From: Saccostrea echinata
Lineage: Eukaryota
Length of the DNA: 64,000 bases
Direction: 5' to 3'
Assembly (NCBI RefSeq): GCF_033153115.1
Contig: NW_026889760.1
Location: 5,022,001-5,086,000, forward strand
Position numbers and translations under genes: made by a program
Part shown: piece by piece, positions 54,343-64,000 of the stretch
Layout of the letters: every line of letters starts with the position of its first letter
Position numbering within the stretch: position 1 is the first letter of the stretch
The notes under the pieces: model-generated
Database searches by the model: none
Told to the model about the DNA's origin: nothing
The model's input: the letters and a program-made list of their open reading frames with translations, nothing else

Positions 54343-57300
54343 GAAATACAGAAATGTTAGGGATGTTTAAATTTACTTATATAGAGAGTGAGAATTTATT
54401 TATATCCAGTATTCCAGTGATATTTTAAAATAGACTTCGTTTTTCTTTGTATGCAAAACGATGTTGATTTCCAGTGTTCTTCAGTGACACAGGTGTTTGT
54501 ACTAGGTGACCTTTATAGCTTGCAGAAATTTTGGCTCGTGTATCACGTGCAGTTCTTCAATCACGAAGGGCTGATTTGAAGTCTACAGCTCAATCATAAT
54601 AGGTAAATAAACAAAAGAAAAAATAATAAAAATGAAATAAAAACAAGATATTTATGAAATTTGTTTTAAACTATAACTGATAGTAAAGTAGTAGCAGTAA
54701 AGAATAGTGTCACATTTACAATTGATCAGGCTTGAAATTTAATATAAATAATAGCCTTCAAGGTGTTCAAAAGACCTGTCCTTATTGTTTAATTTACCAT
54801 ACACATAGTATGTAAACATGATGTGTATAATTTACAGGGTTCATGTAGTGACACTTCATTTCGATGTTTGGGAATGTACGTAGAGTGCCAGTTACATTAA
54901 GATTTTAGCTGAGGTCTAGTACATAAAGAATTTGTTGTAAATCAATAAATTTAATCAATTTCACATGTAATTTAAAAAAAAAAAGAAGTTATGTGAAATC
55001 AGAATGGCGACCCCGATTATAACACAAAATGGCGTCCAAAATGGCGGTCCCGATTAATTACCCAATTAGGGACGCTATATTTCAAGGAATTCATACTAAT
55101 CGGCTTTTTAATAAAGTTGACGCCATGTAACAGTTGTTAAATATGCATTGTTATAATTTTTTATTGTTTACACGAACTATTTCATGAATAATTTAACAAA
55201 CGTTTTTAAAATCACGTGACTCCTGCGAAGTCTACGATTGGTCAGCGACAGCGCGGATATTTCAGAGACGATTTGAAAATTTGCTGTGATGAAAATTTCA
55301 AGAAGAAATCAGATACTTATTAGTCGGTGAGTCTTTATTTCAGTTTAAATTTTGATGCTGCTTGTTGTAAATGCATTTATCCACTTAGAGAATGCATTAG
55401 AATATGAATATCAAGTGTAGATTTCGCGATATTCTTGGTATTTGTATCGTAGATTTCTGGTTTGTTTTGATTCAAGATGGCAGTGCTACACATGAAGTAA
55501 ATGTACTTAAACATAATCTCTTTGTTTAACATTATGTATCACAAGACTTTTGTAAAAAAAAAAAATGTGTTTTAGAGTCTTTTCTTAAAATATAAAGATT
55601 TGAAATGTGTCAATATCTGGGAACAGTTACTTAGAGTAGCCTCTGCATGAGCATGACGATAATAACAAATGAAATCCAAATGAACTGTGTGAGATAAAAT
55701 TATTGTAATAGGGTCTTTGAAATACAAGATAAAGATCTTTGTTTTAAAAAGGGGGGGGGGTCAAATTTTTTTAATGAATCAAGCAAAATTTACAACCTTT
55801 ATCCAGCATAATAAAACATAATAAATTTTATATTTATATAAGTTGTGCATAAATTTCTGATCATCTAATCCCCAAGCTCTCCACTTCCATACCTGGGGGG
55901 GGGGGGGGGGGGGGGGGTGTTAATATGAGACACATTATCATTTAATTCAGAGTGTAATGTTTCAATAATTCAAACATAGTGTGTGCATGTGTGTTGGTCA
56001 TTATTAATGCCAGATAATTTCATGAACAAACATATTCTTTTTTTTCAACAGAATACTTGTCTCCTGTGGTCATTTAAATTCCAAGCTGGAGGGAAATGCA
56101 TTAAAACTATAACTTTATCAGTAAGTATAAGATCTAATCTGATTTTTGTAAAAAATGAGTAAATGTATAAGAATATAACAAGGCACTGCTCATCAAACTC
56201 CAATGCAAACTATAGGGATTTCATCTACTAAATATGTTTAAAAATATTTCAGCATAAAATGTAACTAAGTAAGTGAAGACAGGGACCTATATACTAGGTC
56301 CCTGGTGAAGAGCAACATAATAATAATTGAACTTTTTCAGAATTGAAAGAAAATGACATGAAACTGAAAGCCGAAATTGCGTAGCATATTCAAATGGAGG
56401 ATCAGTGTTTTTAAAGAGTCCAGATGGAAACCGCAACTGTAAAGCAATGAAGACTAACAAGGTGTGCTGGTAGAAAATTCTGTGATGGATAGGAACTCTA
56501 TAAAGATAATGAAGATTACATGAACTACAATTGAACAATTCATGGGGAAAAAAAAATTGACATGAAATGGAGTATACTTTTGACTTTGTGTATTTAAATT
56601 AACTTATGTATATGCCTAAAAAGGTATGTCTATTTATTTCTTTCATTTTTTCTTATTAAGAAAGTTTAAAATATCATTATCTTGATGTCATTAACCATAT
56701 TAATCTAAATTAATTAAATGTTAGGGATTTGATTAATTAAATATTTGGGATTTCTTAGGTATAGATTGTATTTATAGAGATGACTTTTTTAAAGAAGTGT
56801 TTTTCATATATTTTCATGTACTATCATGCAATAAATTTTTATTTTTTCCATAATTATTATTGTTTAAATCAATTTTTCTTTTACATAGGCCTGCCTCAAA
56901 CGTGCCTATTTGATAGGTACATTATAGGCATACCTTAAGTATACTTTTGGCACAGACTCTTGAGTACCAAATTGGTAGGCATACTTTAGGTAGACTTGTA
57001 GGTACATTTTAGGTATACCTAAAAGGTACTCATCTGAATGTTTGAGGTGTGTACCAATATTGTGCTTTTTTGGTACCTAAACTGTAGGTATACTTTAGGT
57101 ATACTTTTGGCACATTCTTGAATGTTTGAGATGTGTGCCAATATTGTGCTTTTTTGGTACCTAAACTGTAGGCATACTTTAGGTATACTTTTGGCACATT
57201 CTTGATGGTACCTTTTAGGTATATTTATAGGCACATTTTAGGTATGCCTAGAAGGTACCTATCTGATCGTGTGCCAATATTGTGCATTTTTGATACCTAA

Positions 57301-60300
57301 AGTGTGCCTATTAATAAATATAGGTATACTTTAGGTATGCCTATTTTGTATCAATTTGCTACCTATACTTGAACAAGTGGTTCCAAACTTGCATACCTTA
57401 GGCATGCTTTTTTTGTACCTATTTTTACCCAAGATAGGCATGCCTAATCTGTACTTTTTTTTGGTATGGGCGATATCGACATTTCTTTTTAGTGCAGGTA
57501 TCACTTTCACGACACTATTAACTTGAAGAATGCGTGAAAGACAATATATAACAAGCATTATTTGCTTTTCGGAGCTGTCGAGCACATTTTAAACTTGTAC
57601 AAGTTTACTTTAAGGGCAATATGATGGACAAAACAAACACAATATAATTCCATGTTTATGCAGTAGCCTGAAATTTGGTGTGCTAGTTACTATGGACAGA
57701 AATGTATTTGTCCAGGTAATATTGAACCCACTGCACTGTTTAATTAAAGAACAATGCTAGCGAAGCCCTGAAATTGAGAGTTTGAAATAATGTTACAGTA
57801 TTTAATTGTCAGTTTTACATCGTCACCAATGATTTTTTTATAAAACATAAGATGATTTAAAAGCATAACTGAATACAACTAATTTTCTTAAATTCTCAAA
57901 TATTCCTCAATGCACCCTTTATTAATTCATTCATTTCAATAAACAGTACATACCATATTTGCTGTAGACCTATAGGGTCTAGGGAAAAAATAAGATGTTA
58001 TAACAGATTTATCATTAACTGTCTTGATCATTGTTCTTGAAATGTGGTCCTTGGGAGTCATCTCCCTTGATATATTATATTTGTTAACATGAAGCCTTTA
58101 ATTTTTTCATATTGATAAACATTGATTTTTATTGCAGTAGTTTTAGAAAATGGCTAAATTCAACAAAGGTTAACCTTAATAATTACAGGGTGTAAAGAAA
58201 TTCAATTAAAATCAGAACCCTATAGCCTTGAATGTCAAAGACAAATTGAAATTTTACAAAGTCTAAAGCATATATGCCATAGTATTTGACAATTTTTGAC
58301 ACATATATTTGTATGACTTCTGCCAGAAAGGGAATAAAAAAGAAGACAATTAATTCTTGCAAGTTGTATATTTTCCATAGACTCTGGCTGGTATACAAGG
58401 CATGCTCTGTTCAGATAAATATACCATGCTATATGCATACATTGAACATGTTTGGTCAATTAACTGAGTTTAAACAGACAATTATATAATTGTAGCATTA
58501 TTTGTTTCTTCAGAAAATATGTCGTGGCTTTTTTGGCCCCTCTCTATAATGACTTCATTGCAAAATCTCTCAAGACTGTCAACTATAAAGCAAAAGAAAA
58601 ATATTGGGTTTGAATATTTAACCAGCACAAATACAGCGTAATAGTGTCAGATTTTTACATGTACCAGTATTGCCACTTGTATGTAAAGTTGCTAACCATT
58701 TGGTAAGTGCTTTCCTTTTTTGACTGTATAATTGCAATTTGGATTCCATATTGTTTTGCTGAGGCAGTAAATTTCCCTTTGATCCATTTCCCCATTAAGT
58801 TAACACTAAATGGTACATGGCATTATTGTGGACAGATTAATTGTGTATTTGAATTTTTTTCTGATAATCCATTTCCTCTTGGTGGCATGTTAATTTACAT
58901 GTTTAGAATTTTCTGTGTATACCCAACGGTTGTTGTGAATTGTTTTATCTTAAGCCAGTTTGCATTTATTATTAGTCCCTGACTATTTTTAGTCACCAGT
59001 TAACTTTTATTTGAACAAAATAATATGAAGGATGCATCGAAATCAGAAAAATTGATTAGTGTTTTGTTGAAAAGGTATTGAGTGTTCTTTTTTTTCTTTT
59101 ATAAAGATTATATTTTGATTAATAAATGGAGTTTTTTCAAGTATGGAAACCTTAGCAATCAACTGCTTTTGGGCTAAAATTGTTATTCATATCATTAAAA
59201 TTTTCACAGTTGATGGCATCAAAGCACATAATATTTCAGTTAATTTTACTGTCAGTGGATTCATTTTCTTGTTCATTATTCTCACACTGAAGAATATATA
59301 GAATGCATAATTTCAAATTTGAAAAAAATGAACATGAGGATGAAAAACTTTGTCATAGCTGGTAGAATATGCAGATGTATGTGATTAATCAAAACTTTTA
59401 ATTATGTAATGAATTACTGGGAGAAATGAATTCATCAACAACATTTTAACAAAATGGCAGTTGTGTGAGAGATACAGAAGAAATACTGTTTGTCTCTGTT
59501 ACTTTTATTTCCAGATTCAAAAAAAAATGATTTTAAATTGCATTTACATTTTAGAGTTTCTTACTTTTGATTTTTTTTATAGATGATATTTTTGAACTTA
59601 ACCAATATCTCCATGAGCAAGATAAGCTGAAATTACCTATCCCAGGTGAACCTGATGATCGAATGCTTTGTGTTTTAGTTTTATATTCACTAATATGGAA
59701 GCTTGTTTTGAATGAGCTTTAATTGTTTTCATCATTGTAAACTTATACTTCTTTTAAGGATCAGCTTACATTGTTAATTCAATATGAACAGTTATGAAAT
59801 ATGCTTTATTTTTTATTCATGCTTGTCAATAACTTGCAATTTGCTGCCAAAGGTTGCCAACGGAACTTTGTCATTGGTGAAAATAGTTTTTCTGCATTTT
59901 ATTTGCCATTTTATTCTCTGACCATACATTGACAATTTCAATCATATTTCATCATTGTGTGTGTGTCAAGAATACTTGGATTTTGCCCTAACTTACAAGC
60001 TGCTTGAAGATCTTTTTATCTATCATTTATATTCAGAGAGCACTTGAAGATTTGGTACTGTTTAAGATAAGCGGTTACAGTACTATGATTAATACTTTAT
60101 GTATTTGATGTGTTCTGGGTGTGAGGTTAATGTTTATGAATTTTTGTATATGATGTCCGTGTATTGAAACAAAATGTAATTTGTATTTGCTTAATATAAA
60201 TAACCTTTAATTATTGAAATTGATGGATTGAACTTTAGTTACTTTGTTCAGGACAAGTTGAGGCTTTTTTCATAGTTAATTATAATGTTTTTGATTACCT

Positions 60301-62945
60301 TTTATTTTTAGAGGACAAGCTACATGGCCACTTTGTTCGTCCTGACCATTATGTAGTGACCTGGTGGTGTGGCGATAAAAACGATGTCCAGAGTGAAGAG
60401 ACTAAAGGTAGGAGGAATTCAATTTGATGATTTTTATTAAAAAAAAAAAAATAATAAATAAATAAGTGAACACAACATATGTTGTTAATGTACTGTTTTT
60501 TTGATTTTCAGAGGATCATATTCTGATCACTGGGCTCCATCCAGCAACAACATACACCATAGTCGTTGAGGCGCGTCGTATGGAGAATTACAAGGTCGAA
60601 GGTCAGTATCAGTTAATTCTTGTCGAGAATTTCTTGAATAAGTGAATTTGATTAAAAATCAATCATTTCAAGCAATTACATTCAAAATGATTTTTCAGAA
60701 TTAATATTTTTGTAAATTCAAGTTAATATTATTAAGTAGTAAAGATTTTGATGTATACATGTAAAAAAATTTTTCTGTTTTGAAGGAGAAGAAAATGACA
60801 CCACCAACAAGTTTATCCTAACCGCCCAATCAGAACCTCTGACTCTGAGAACGGCCCGCCCACCTGACCCGCCCAGTAATCTGTCGATAGCTGCCTCAAC
60901 ATGTAATGCCCTCAGACTTGTCTGGGATCCACCTGTAGAACATGGAGTGGAAATAATAGGTGTGTAGATGTTTGAAAATAAATTGCAAAATGCCACCTTT
61001 GCAGACATCAAAACTCAGAAAATTGTGGAACATTCATTTTGTGATTGAAGCATATAATTGAATTATGGGTCTGATAAGAGTCAAAAGTTTAAAAAAAAAA
61101 AAAAAAAAAAAAAAGCCTCAACATAATTTTTTAAGAAACAAGTTTTCTGTCTTTTGTCAATATGGCACATGTTTCAGAAATTGTAATTAAAAAGGCTTTT
61201 GGCAAATAATATGGACATTACGAATAAGAGCAAACAACAAGCTAATCTTTTTTCTACTTAGTACTAGCTAGTAAAAAGTGAATAATTACATGGATATATC
61301 AAATTTTGGACATACTGAGACAATTTCAGCTGCCCTTGAGTAATCGCTATGACCATATTTTACTGTACAATCTAACTGTGACAAAATATATAAGAATTGA
61401 TTTTCTAAATGCACAAGCACATTTTATTTTACAGCTATCCGTATTGATGCCCAGTCTATAAATACCAGTGACCCTCATCATGTGTCAGTAGAAGTACGAC
61501 CAGATGAATGCAAGGCCGACATTGAAGGTCTGCGAGAAAAGACAGACTATGTTCTACGAGTCACAGCAGTTACTGATGAATATTTCGACAGACTTCCAGA
61601 GAGGCACAAGCTAAAGAAAGTCCGTTCCATTCCCAGAGACAGAATGGTTGCTGCTGATGATTCAATATGGCTGCCAAACACGTACACCATGGCCAAAACT
61701 GCTGGCACAGAGCCCCCGGCTAATCTGAAGATTGTTGAGTCTTCAACTTCAGGACTTTCAGTGACCTGGCTTTTACCAATTGTGTATGGATCTAATAAGT
61801 TAATTGGACAAGTTCTGAGATGGTCTGATGTGAAAAATTCCAAGAAAGGTGATAGTGAATGGTATGTGGCCAGCCATATCAACCTTGACCCTGCAGATAA
61901 TAATGTGACCATTGAAGACCTGACCCCTGGGGCACAATATAAGATTGTAGTAGAAGCAGTGGTCAGCATCAAAACCTCCCTAGAATCTGCTGAAAACGAC
62001 AAAGATATACAACGATACCGCAGAACTGCCAACGTGATGTCAAAACCTTTGTTCACAAGAACCAGGGCTCCAACAGAGCCCCCCAGGGTGTACATTACAG
62101 GTTACACCCAAACCACTGCCCAGCTGTATTGGGAAAAACCGCCCCTGGTGTCGGTCATTGGCAAGGAGAATGATGGACGACCTAAATATCTTAGGAGGTA
62201 CTTAGAGGGGTATAAACTGGAAATTAATGACAGGCTTCATTCCTGTTTGGGACCCAATGCCCAGAGTTGTCAGCTGACCAAGTGTAAACCAGGCAAAAAG
62301 TACCGAGTGGTGCTGGTGGCACTGACTTGTACTGACCAAGGAAAGAAAGACCGCAAGAAGAAGGTACTGGTACAATTTGTACAGTATTGTCCAGAATCAA
62401 GATTGCTTTCAATGGAAAATAATTATTTTAGAAATTGAATCAATTTCCAGATAAAAATTGATCTGCATTTAGTGTATTTAGTAAACTACAGGTATCAGGG
62501 TAATTGTATTTGAAAGAGATAATAAAAAAAGTGATAGAACACTGTCTGGTACATTTAAATTTTTTATTTGAATAGAATTGATGCTCTGTGTGTGATACAA
62601 TGTAATGTATTGATTTTCTATCTTGTGTTAAATTAGGAAATGATGAATTGCTGAAATGTCTCTTTGACAGTATTTAATGCAGCTTAAAAAATCCCCCCTC
62701 CAAAAAAAAATATATATTAAAAGATCAACATTGATTGATTTCTTCTCTAGTACAAGGGAGTATACAGAAATGTCAGTCTCCAGACAGTAGACTACTCGGC
62801 TCTACTCCAGGATGAGGATAACCTTGACCCTTCACCTTCAGAACCTCTGGAAGTTGTCCTCCCCAGGGACCAAGATGGTAAGTTGTTGGCTTAAACAATC
62901 TCTCTCAGTAAAAGTTTCATACCATACTGATTACTATGAGAAGTT

Positions 62946-62991
<46 letters not shown>

Positions 62992-63311
62992 ATTATGCCT
63001 TGTTGTAGAAGCCTTTTTGATGTGCAACACTTAGAAACCACAATAAAATACCCTCAGACAAAAAAATGTACAATTGTCCTTCCAGGTTACATCAAGAGTT
63101 TAGAGTGCACATTCAAGCATGATGAGGATAGAGATAACAGTACATTTGGTGACATTGAACTTCGCTGGGAAACACAAGGGGAGAGAAGTGATGTCATCAC
63201 TCACGTCAAACAGTTTAACGTTATCTGGTCCAACACTGAGGAGAGACAGGTCCAGACAAGAGTTGTCACTCCTGATGCCAGGAAAACTCTGATACCGGTC
63301 ACAAGGTTAAA
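17419..63311 (+). CDS. Giant multi-exon uncharacterised protein (cupredoxin-like x7, CHB_HEX_C/Fn3-associated, FN3 x2, disordered region, FN3 x9 or more); 3' end beyond window
   Basis: 47 coding exons with GT-AG boundaries and matching phases join into one frame (9,368 nt): 17419-17434, 20716-21009, 21291-21415, 21547-21674, 21845-22069, 23705-23749, 23895-23981, 24300-24396, 24649-24755, 25159-25316, 25422-25568, 25844-25989, 26236-26468, 26635-26853, 27087-27174, 27837-27947, 28847-28924, 29929-30085, 31377-31534, 31829-31935, 32520-32619, 32744-32872, 33175-33327, 33988-34152, 36089-36185, 37477-37641, 38520-38600, 40165-40218, 40415-42307, 42796-42807, 43643-44217, 44353-44549, 44655-44777, 44929-45079, 45384-45522, 45859-46072, 46795-46915, 47260-47457, 47788-47983, 48435-48530, 49934-50074, 60312-60407, 60512-60601, 60786-60959, 61435-62363, 62751-62877, 63086-63311. 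Many coincide with ORF-track fragments. Exons 38520, 42796 and 48435 are the least certain. Confidence 0.88.
17519..17687. mobile_element. pogo/Tigger-like MITE (TA target duplication)
   Basis: ta|CAGTAAAACATGTTTATA ... TATAAGCATGTTTTACTG|ta; a more decayed relative starts near 22114. Confidence 0.75.
17850..18050 (+). repeat. Fragment of a common bivalve interspersed repeat
   Basis: GGTGTGACTGGTTGACAGGGGATGCTTACTCCT..CTGATCCCACCTC resembles a frequent oyster repeat end (recalled, family not assigned). Confidence 0.45.
19316..19490. mobile_element. pogo-like MITE
   Basis: CAGTTGAACTTCGGTATCTCGAAC ... GTTCGAGATAACGAGGTTTTACTG|ta; degraded relative at about 31978-32128. Confidence 0.7.
20716..21009 (+). 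CDS. Acidic N-terminal exon with three 17-aa repeats
   Basis: tttgtag| acceptor; TKVETGTSPIRQEEEG / TKVEAGTNPPDQEQEG / ARVDTGTDPLEQVEEG; donor G|gttagt (an alternative phase-1 donor follows 20991). Confidence 0.8.
21291..30085 (+). CDS. 16 exons encoding seven tandem cupredoxin/plastocyanin-like beta-sandwich domains
   Basis: Recurrent plastocyanin-like pattern F-x-P...G-D-x-V-x-W-x-W...H-N-V...F-x-x-P-G-x-Y/F-x-Y/F, e.g. GFNPQIIAVDQGDTVEWSW..PHSV..FPRPGIYFF; YHPPVLLIETGDRVWWYW..FTEPGVFYY; VRPNDRVWWVW..QHNV..FEFPGVFYY; GFHPHFVYVQKGESVRWTW..EHNI..SFNSG..YTFDELGSF. Confidence 0.8.
22472..23195. mobile_element. hAT-type MITE with 8-bp target duplication, nested in an older element
   Basis: atcacgtg|TAGGGTTGGATACCG ... 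CGGTATCCAACCCTA|atcgcgtg. Confidence 0.85.
23455..23588. repeat. Long palindrome, probable end of a Crypton-like non-autonomous element (host from about 22360)
   Basis: ..ATCCATATCATATGTCATATCAGCCC..CATATCAGCCC-tc-GGGCTGATATG..GGGCTGATATGACACATGATATGGAT..; the AATCCATATC motif recurs near 22458 and 23221. Confidence 0.6.
27465..27625. repeat. ~160-bp near-perfect palindrome (Crypton-like hairpin element)
   Basis: TAAGGAATAACTGTC..GCATAAACGCC-TTC-GGCGTTTATGC..GACAGTTATTCCTTA. Confidence 0.8.
28019..28682. mobile_element. Two nested pogo-like MITEs (inner 28098-28590)
   Basis: Outer ta|CAGTAAAAATTGCTTAT..ATAAGCGAGTTTTACTG|ta; inner ta|CAGTAAAACTTG..GAGTTTCACTG|ta. Confidence 0.7.
31377..31935 (+). 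CDS. Two exons encoding a chitobiase/beta-hexosaminidase C-terminal-like (CHB_HEX_C_1 / Fn3-associated) domain
   Basis: Signature IELVCETLGSKIFYTTDGSPP...LYNPEKGVIL...IRAMAVKEGLLNSSI. Confidence 0.8.
32520..37641 (+). CDS. Acidic linker plus first two fibronectin type III-like domains (6 exons)
   Basis: MEVFWEEP..IKGYQIFLNG..LNITGLAGNRIYEVYVEV and LVVVWMS..PIKGYLVFLND..GCELNKEHRIYVVAL..SNVIEV match FN3 strand patterns. Confidence 0.8.
33648..33861. mobile_element. Degenerate PIF/Harbinger-like MITE
   Basis: GGGCTCCATTTTACAA ... TTGTAAAAGGCCCC imperfect TIRs. Confidence 0.4.
38520..38600 (+). CDS. Probable 81-nt cassette exon (phase 1-1)
   Basis: cttcag| ... G|gtaaat; open in the gene frame (AKRHHIETNNVPPLTTSYQYTSSKQPT); TGCATG downstream at 38725. 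Confidence 0.55.
40165..40218 (+). CDS. 54-nt exon (phase 1-1)
   Basis: Strong pyrimidine tract then tttcag|, reads DRRSGAPAVVEVEDPRYR, donor G|gtaaat. Confidence 0.7.
40415..42307 (+). CDS. 1,893-nt exon encoding a low-complexity Q/S/R/H-rich disordered segment
   Basis: 638-codon ORF 40417-42333; acceptor aatag| at 40414, donor G|gtagag at 42308; length divisible by 3, phase 1-1. Confidence 0.85.
42796..42807 (+). CDS. Candidate 12-nt microexon (ESSD)
   Basis: atttcag|AATCCTCTGATG|gtaagt; consensus donor; frame-preserving phase 1-1. Confidence 0.45.
43643..44217 (+). CDS. Ser/Glu/Thr-rich disordered exon
   Basis: 206-aa ORF; ttttgcag| ... GAG|gtaaat; SESETESET repeats and a KGTQT motif. 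Confidence 0.85.
44353..50074 (+). CDS. Ten exons encoding tandem FN3 domains
   Basis: LIVEWY..YIVNI..NIRGLYPDNTYRVFVVA; TTVQWDPP..LLGYKIYVDN..VINDLVPG; VLVAWDKP..ITSYRIYVND..VITGLNPEESYDVKVK; IRVTWLAP..ISGYRLLKNG. Confidence 0.85.
46098..46524. mobile_element. MITE with perfect 14-bp TIR and TA flanks
   Basis: ta|CCAGACCTGTTTAC ... GTAAACAGGTCTGG|ta. Confidence 0.8.
48527..48945 (+). repeat. Diverged tandem repeat (units about 60-150 bp) re-copying the exon 5' splice site
   Basis: GAGG|GTAACTAACTAGAT-like motif with GT at 48531, 48591, 48664, 48819 and 48922. Confidence 0.8.
54301..54339. repeat. (TC)n microsatellite
   Basis: Direct observation; similar tracts at 62951-62987 and (GA)n at 1565-1585. 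Confidence 0.95.
56280..56304. mobile_element. 25-bp P-like terminal-repeat remnant (probable excision footprint)
   Basis: gtgaaga|CAGGGACCTATATACTAGGTCCCTG|gtgaaga. Confidence 0.8.
60312..63311 (+). CDS. Six exons encoding further FN3 domains; gene continues past window end
   Basis: ILITGLHPATTYTIVVEA; PPDPPSNLSI..LRLVWDPP; IEGLREKTDYVLRVTA; PPANLKIV..LSVTW..IEDLTPGAQYKIVVEA; LYWEKP..LEGYKLEIN; includes the 318-aa ORF. Confidence 0.88.
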
Positions 63312-63563
63312 GTAAGTAGCAAAGCAGTTCTGACTTAAATTATAACATTGTGTGTCAATTATACTCAAATACTCCCAGGATTATGGATGCAGAGTGGTAC
63401 ATGTTAAAAAAAAATTTAAATTAACACTTTCATTGAAATTGAAGTTTATATAATAAGAGTTTTACCCCTTTTAATAAATATTCCTTTATGAAGAAAAGAA
63501 GTGCTTTAATTTCTGTCTCTTATACTATAAATAAATTGAGTTGTGATGTCAATATTTCATATA

Positions 63564-64000
63564 TTTTTATGCCCCGGGATCGAAAGATCCCGGGGGTATA
63601 TTGTTTTTGTCCTGTCTGTCTGTTTGTCTGTTTGTTTGTCTGTCTGTCTGTTGTCAACTTTAACCTTGCCCATAACTTTTGATTGGTTGGAGCTATGACT
63701 TTCATATTTCACATGTGTATTCCTTGTGACAAGACCTTTCTTTGGGTACCATCATATTTGACCTTTTGACCTTGACCTTGGAGTTTGACCCACTTTTGCA
63801 AAATTTTATGAGACTTTAACCTTGGCCATAACTTCTGAACAGTTGGAGCCTGGGGTTTCAAACTTCACATGTGTATTCTTTGTGACAAGACCTTCTTTTG
63901 GATACCAACCACTTTGACCTTGACCTTGGACTTTGACCTACTTTTGAAAAACTTTAACCTTGGCCATAACTTTTGAACAGTTGGTGCTTAGGGTTTCAAA
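63564..64000 (+). mobile_element. 5' part of another HINE family with ~140-155-bp internal repeats (runs off window)
   Basis: tttttATGCCCCGGGATCGAAAGATCCCGGGGG hairpin, (GTCT)n, repeated ACTTTAACCTTG(G/C)CCATAACTT and TTTGACCTTGACCTTGG. Confidence 0.8.

Larger units (their letters stand above)
53021..57494. mobile_element. ~4.5-kb foldback-type DNA transposon (EnSpm/CACTA-like?) in the 10-kb intron
   Basis: GCCCATACAAAAAAAAGGTACATATAGGCATGCCT mirrors AGGCATGCCTAATCTGTACTTTTTTTTGGTATGGGC; left arm has 42-bp tandem repeats, right arm 84-bp repeats, both rich in GTACCTA/TAGGTAC; far right end reads CACTAAAAAGAAA on the minus strand. No target duplication found. Confidence 0.7.

Noticed and set aside
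56341-56520. Exon-like piece (ELKENDMKLKAEIA*) as a BEN-type cargo protein fragment
   Set aside because: Interrupted by stops and too short to assign a family.
57964-57983. Short palindrome TAGACCTATAGGGTCTA as a third P footprint
   Set aside because: No CAG terminus and no 7-bp target duplication.
61547-62095. 182-aa antisense ORF, and the alternative-frame 156-aa ORF at 41519-41989
   Set aside because: Shadows of real coding exons; no independent motifs.

Overview
AT-rich, intron-rich eukaryotic DNA. The repeats (Helentron/HINE elements with a ~166-bp Cg170-like satellite, many MITEs) point to a bivalve, probably an oyster (inference). Most of the window (about 13.1 kb to beyond 64 kb, + strand) is one very large, uncharacterised gene. 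I joined 47 coding exons by hand into one open frame with consistent GT-AG phases: 9,368 nt, about 3,120 aa, 3' end outside the window. The predicted protein has no signal peptide. In order it has acidic 17-aa repeats, seven cupredoxin/plastocyanin-like domains lacking the Cys copper ligand, a CHB_HEX_C/Fn3-associated domain, two FN3 domains, a long disordered region built from phase-symmetric cassette exons, and at least nine more FN3 domains. The first 8 kb hold a small minus-strand EGF-repeat (MEGF/SREC-like) gene that looks truncated or decaying. Introns and intergenic DNA carry many non-autonomous DNA transposons, several nested. The most distinctive small-scale signal is two 25-33 bp palindromes with perfect 7-bp target duplications, made only of the terminal 17 nt or fewer of a P-like MITE found nearby, as expected for P-element excision footprints. 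No rRNA, tRNA or CRISPR features were seen.
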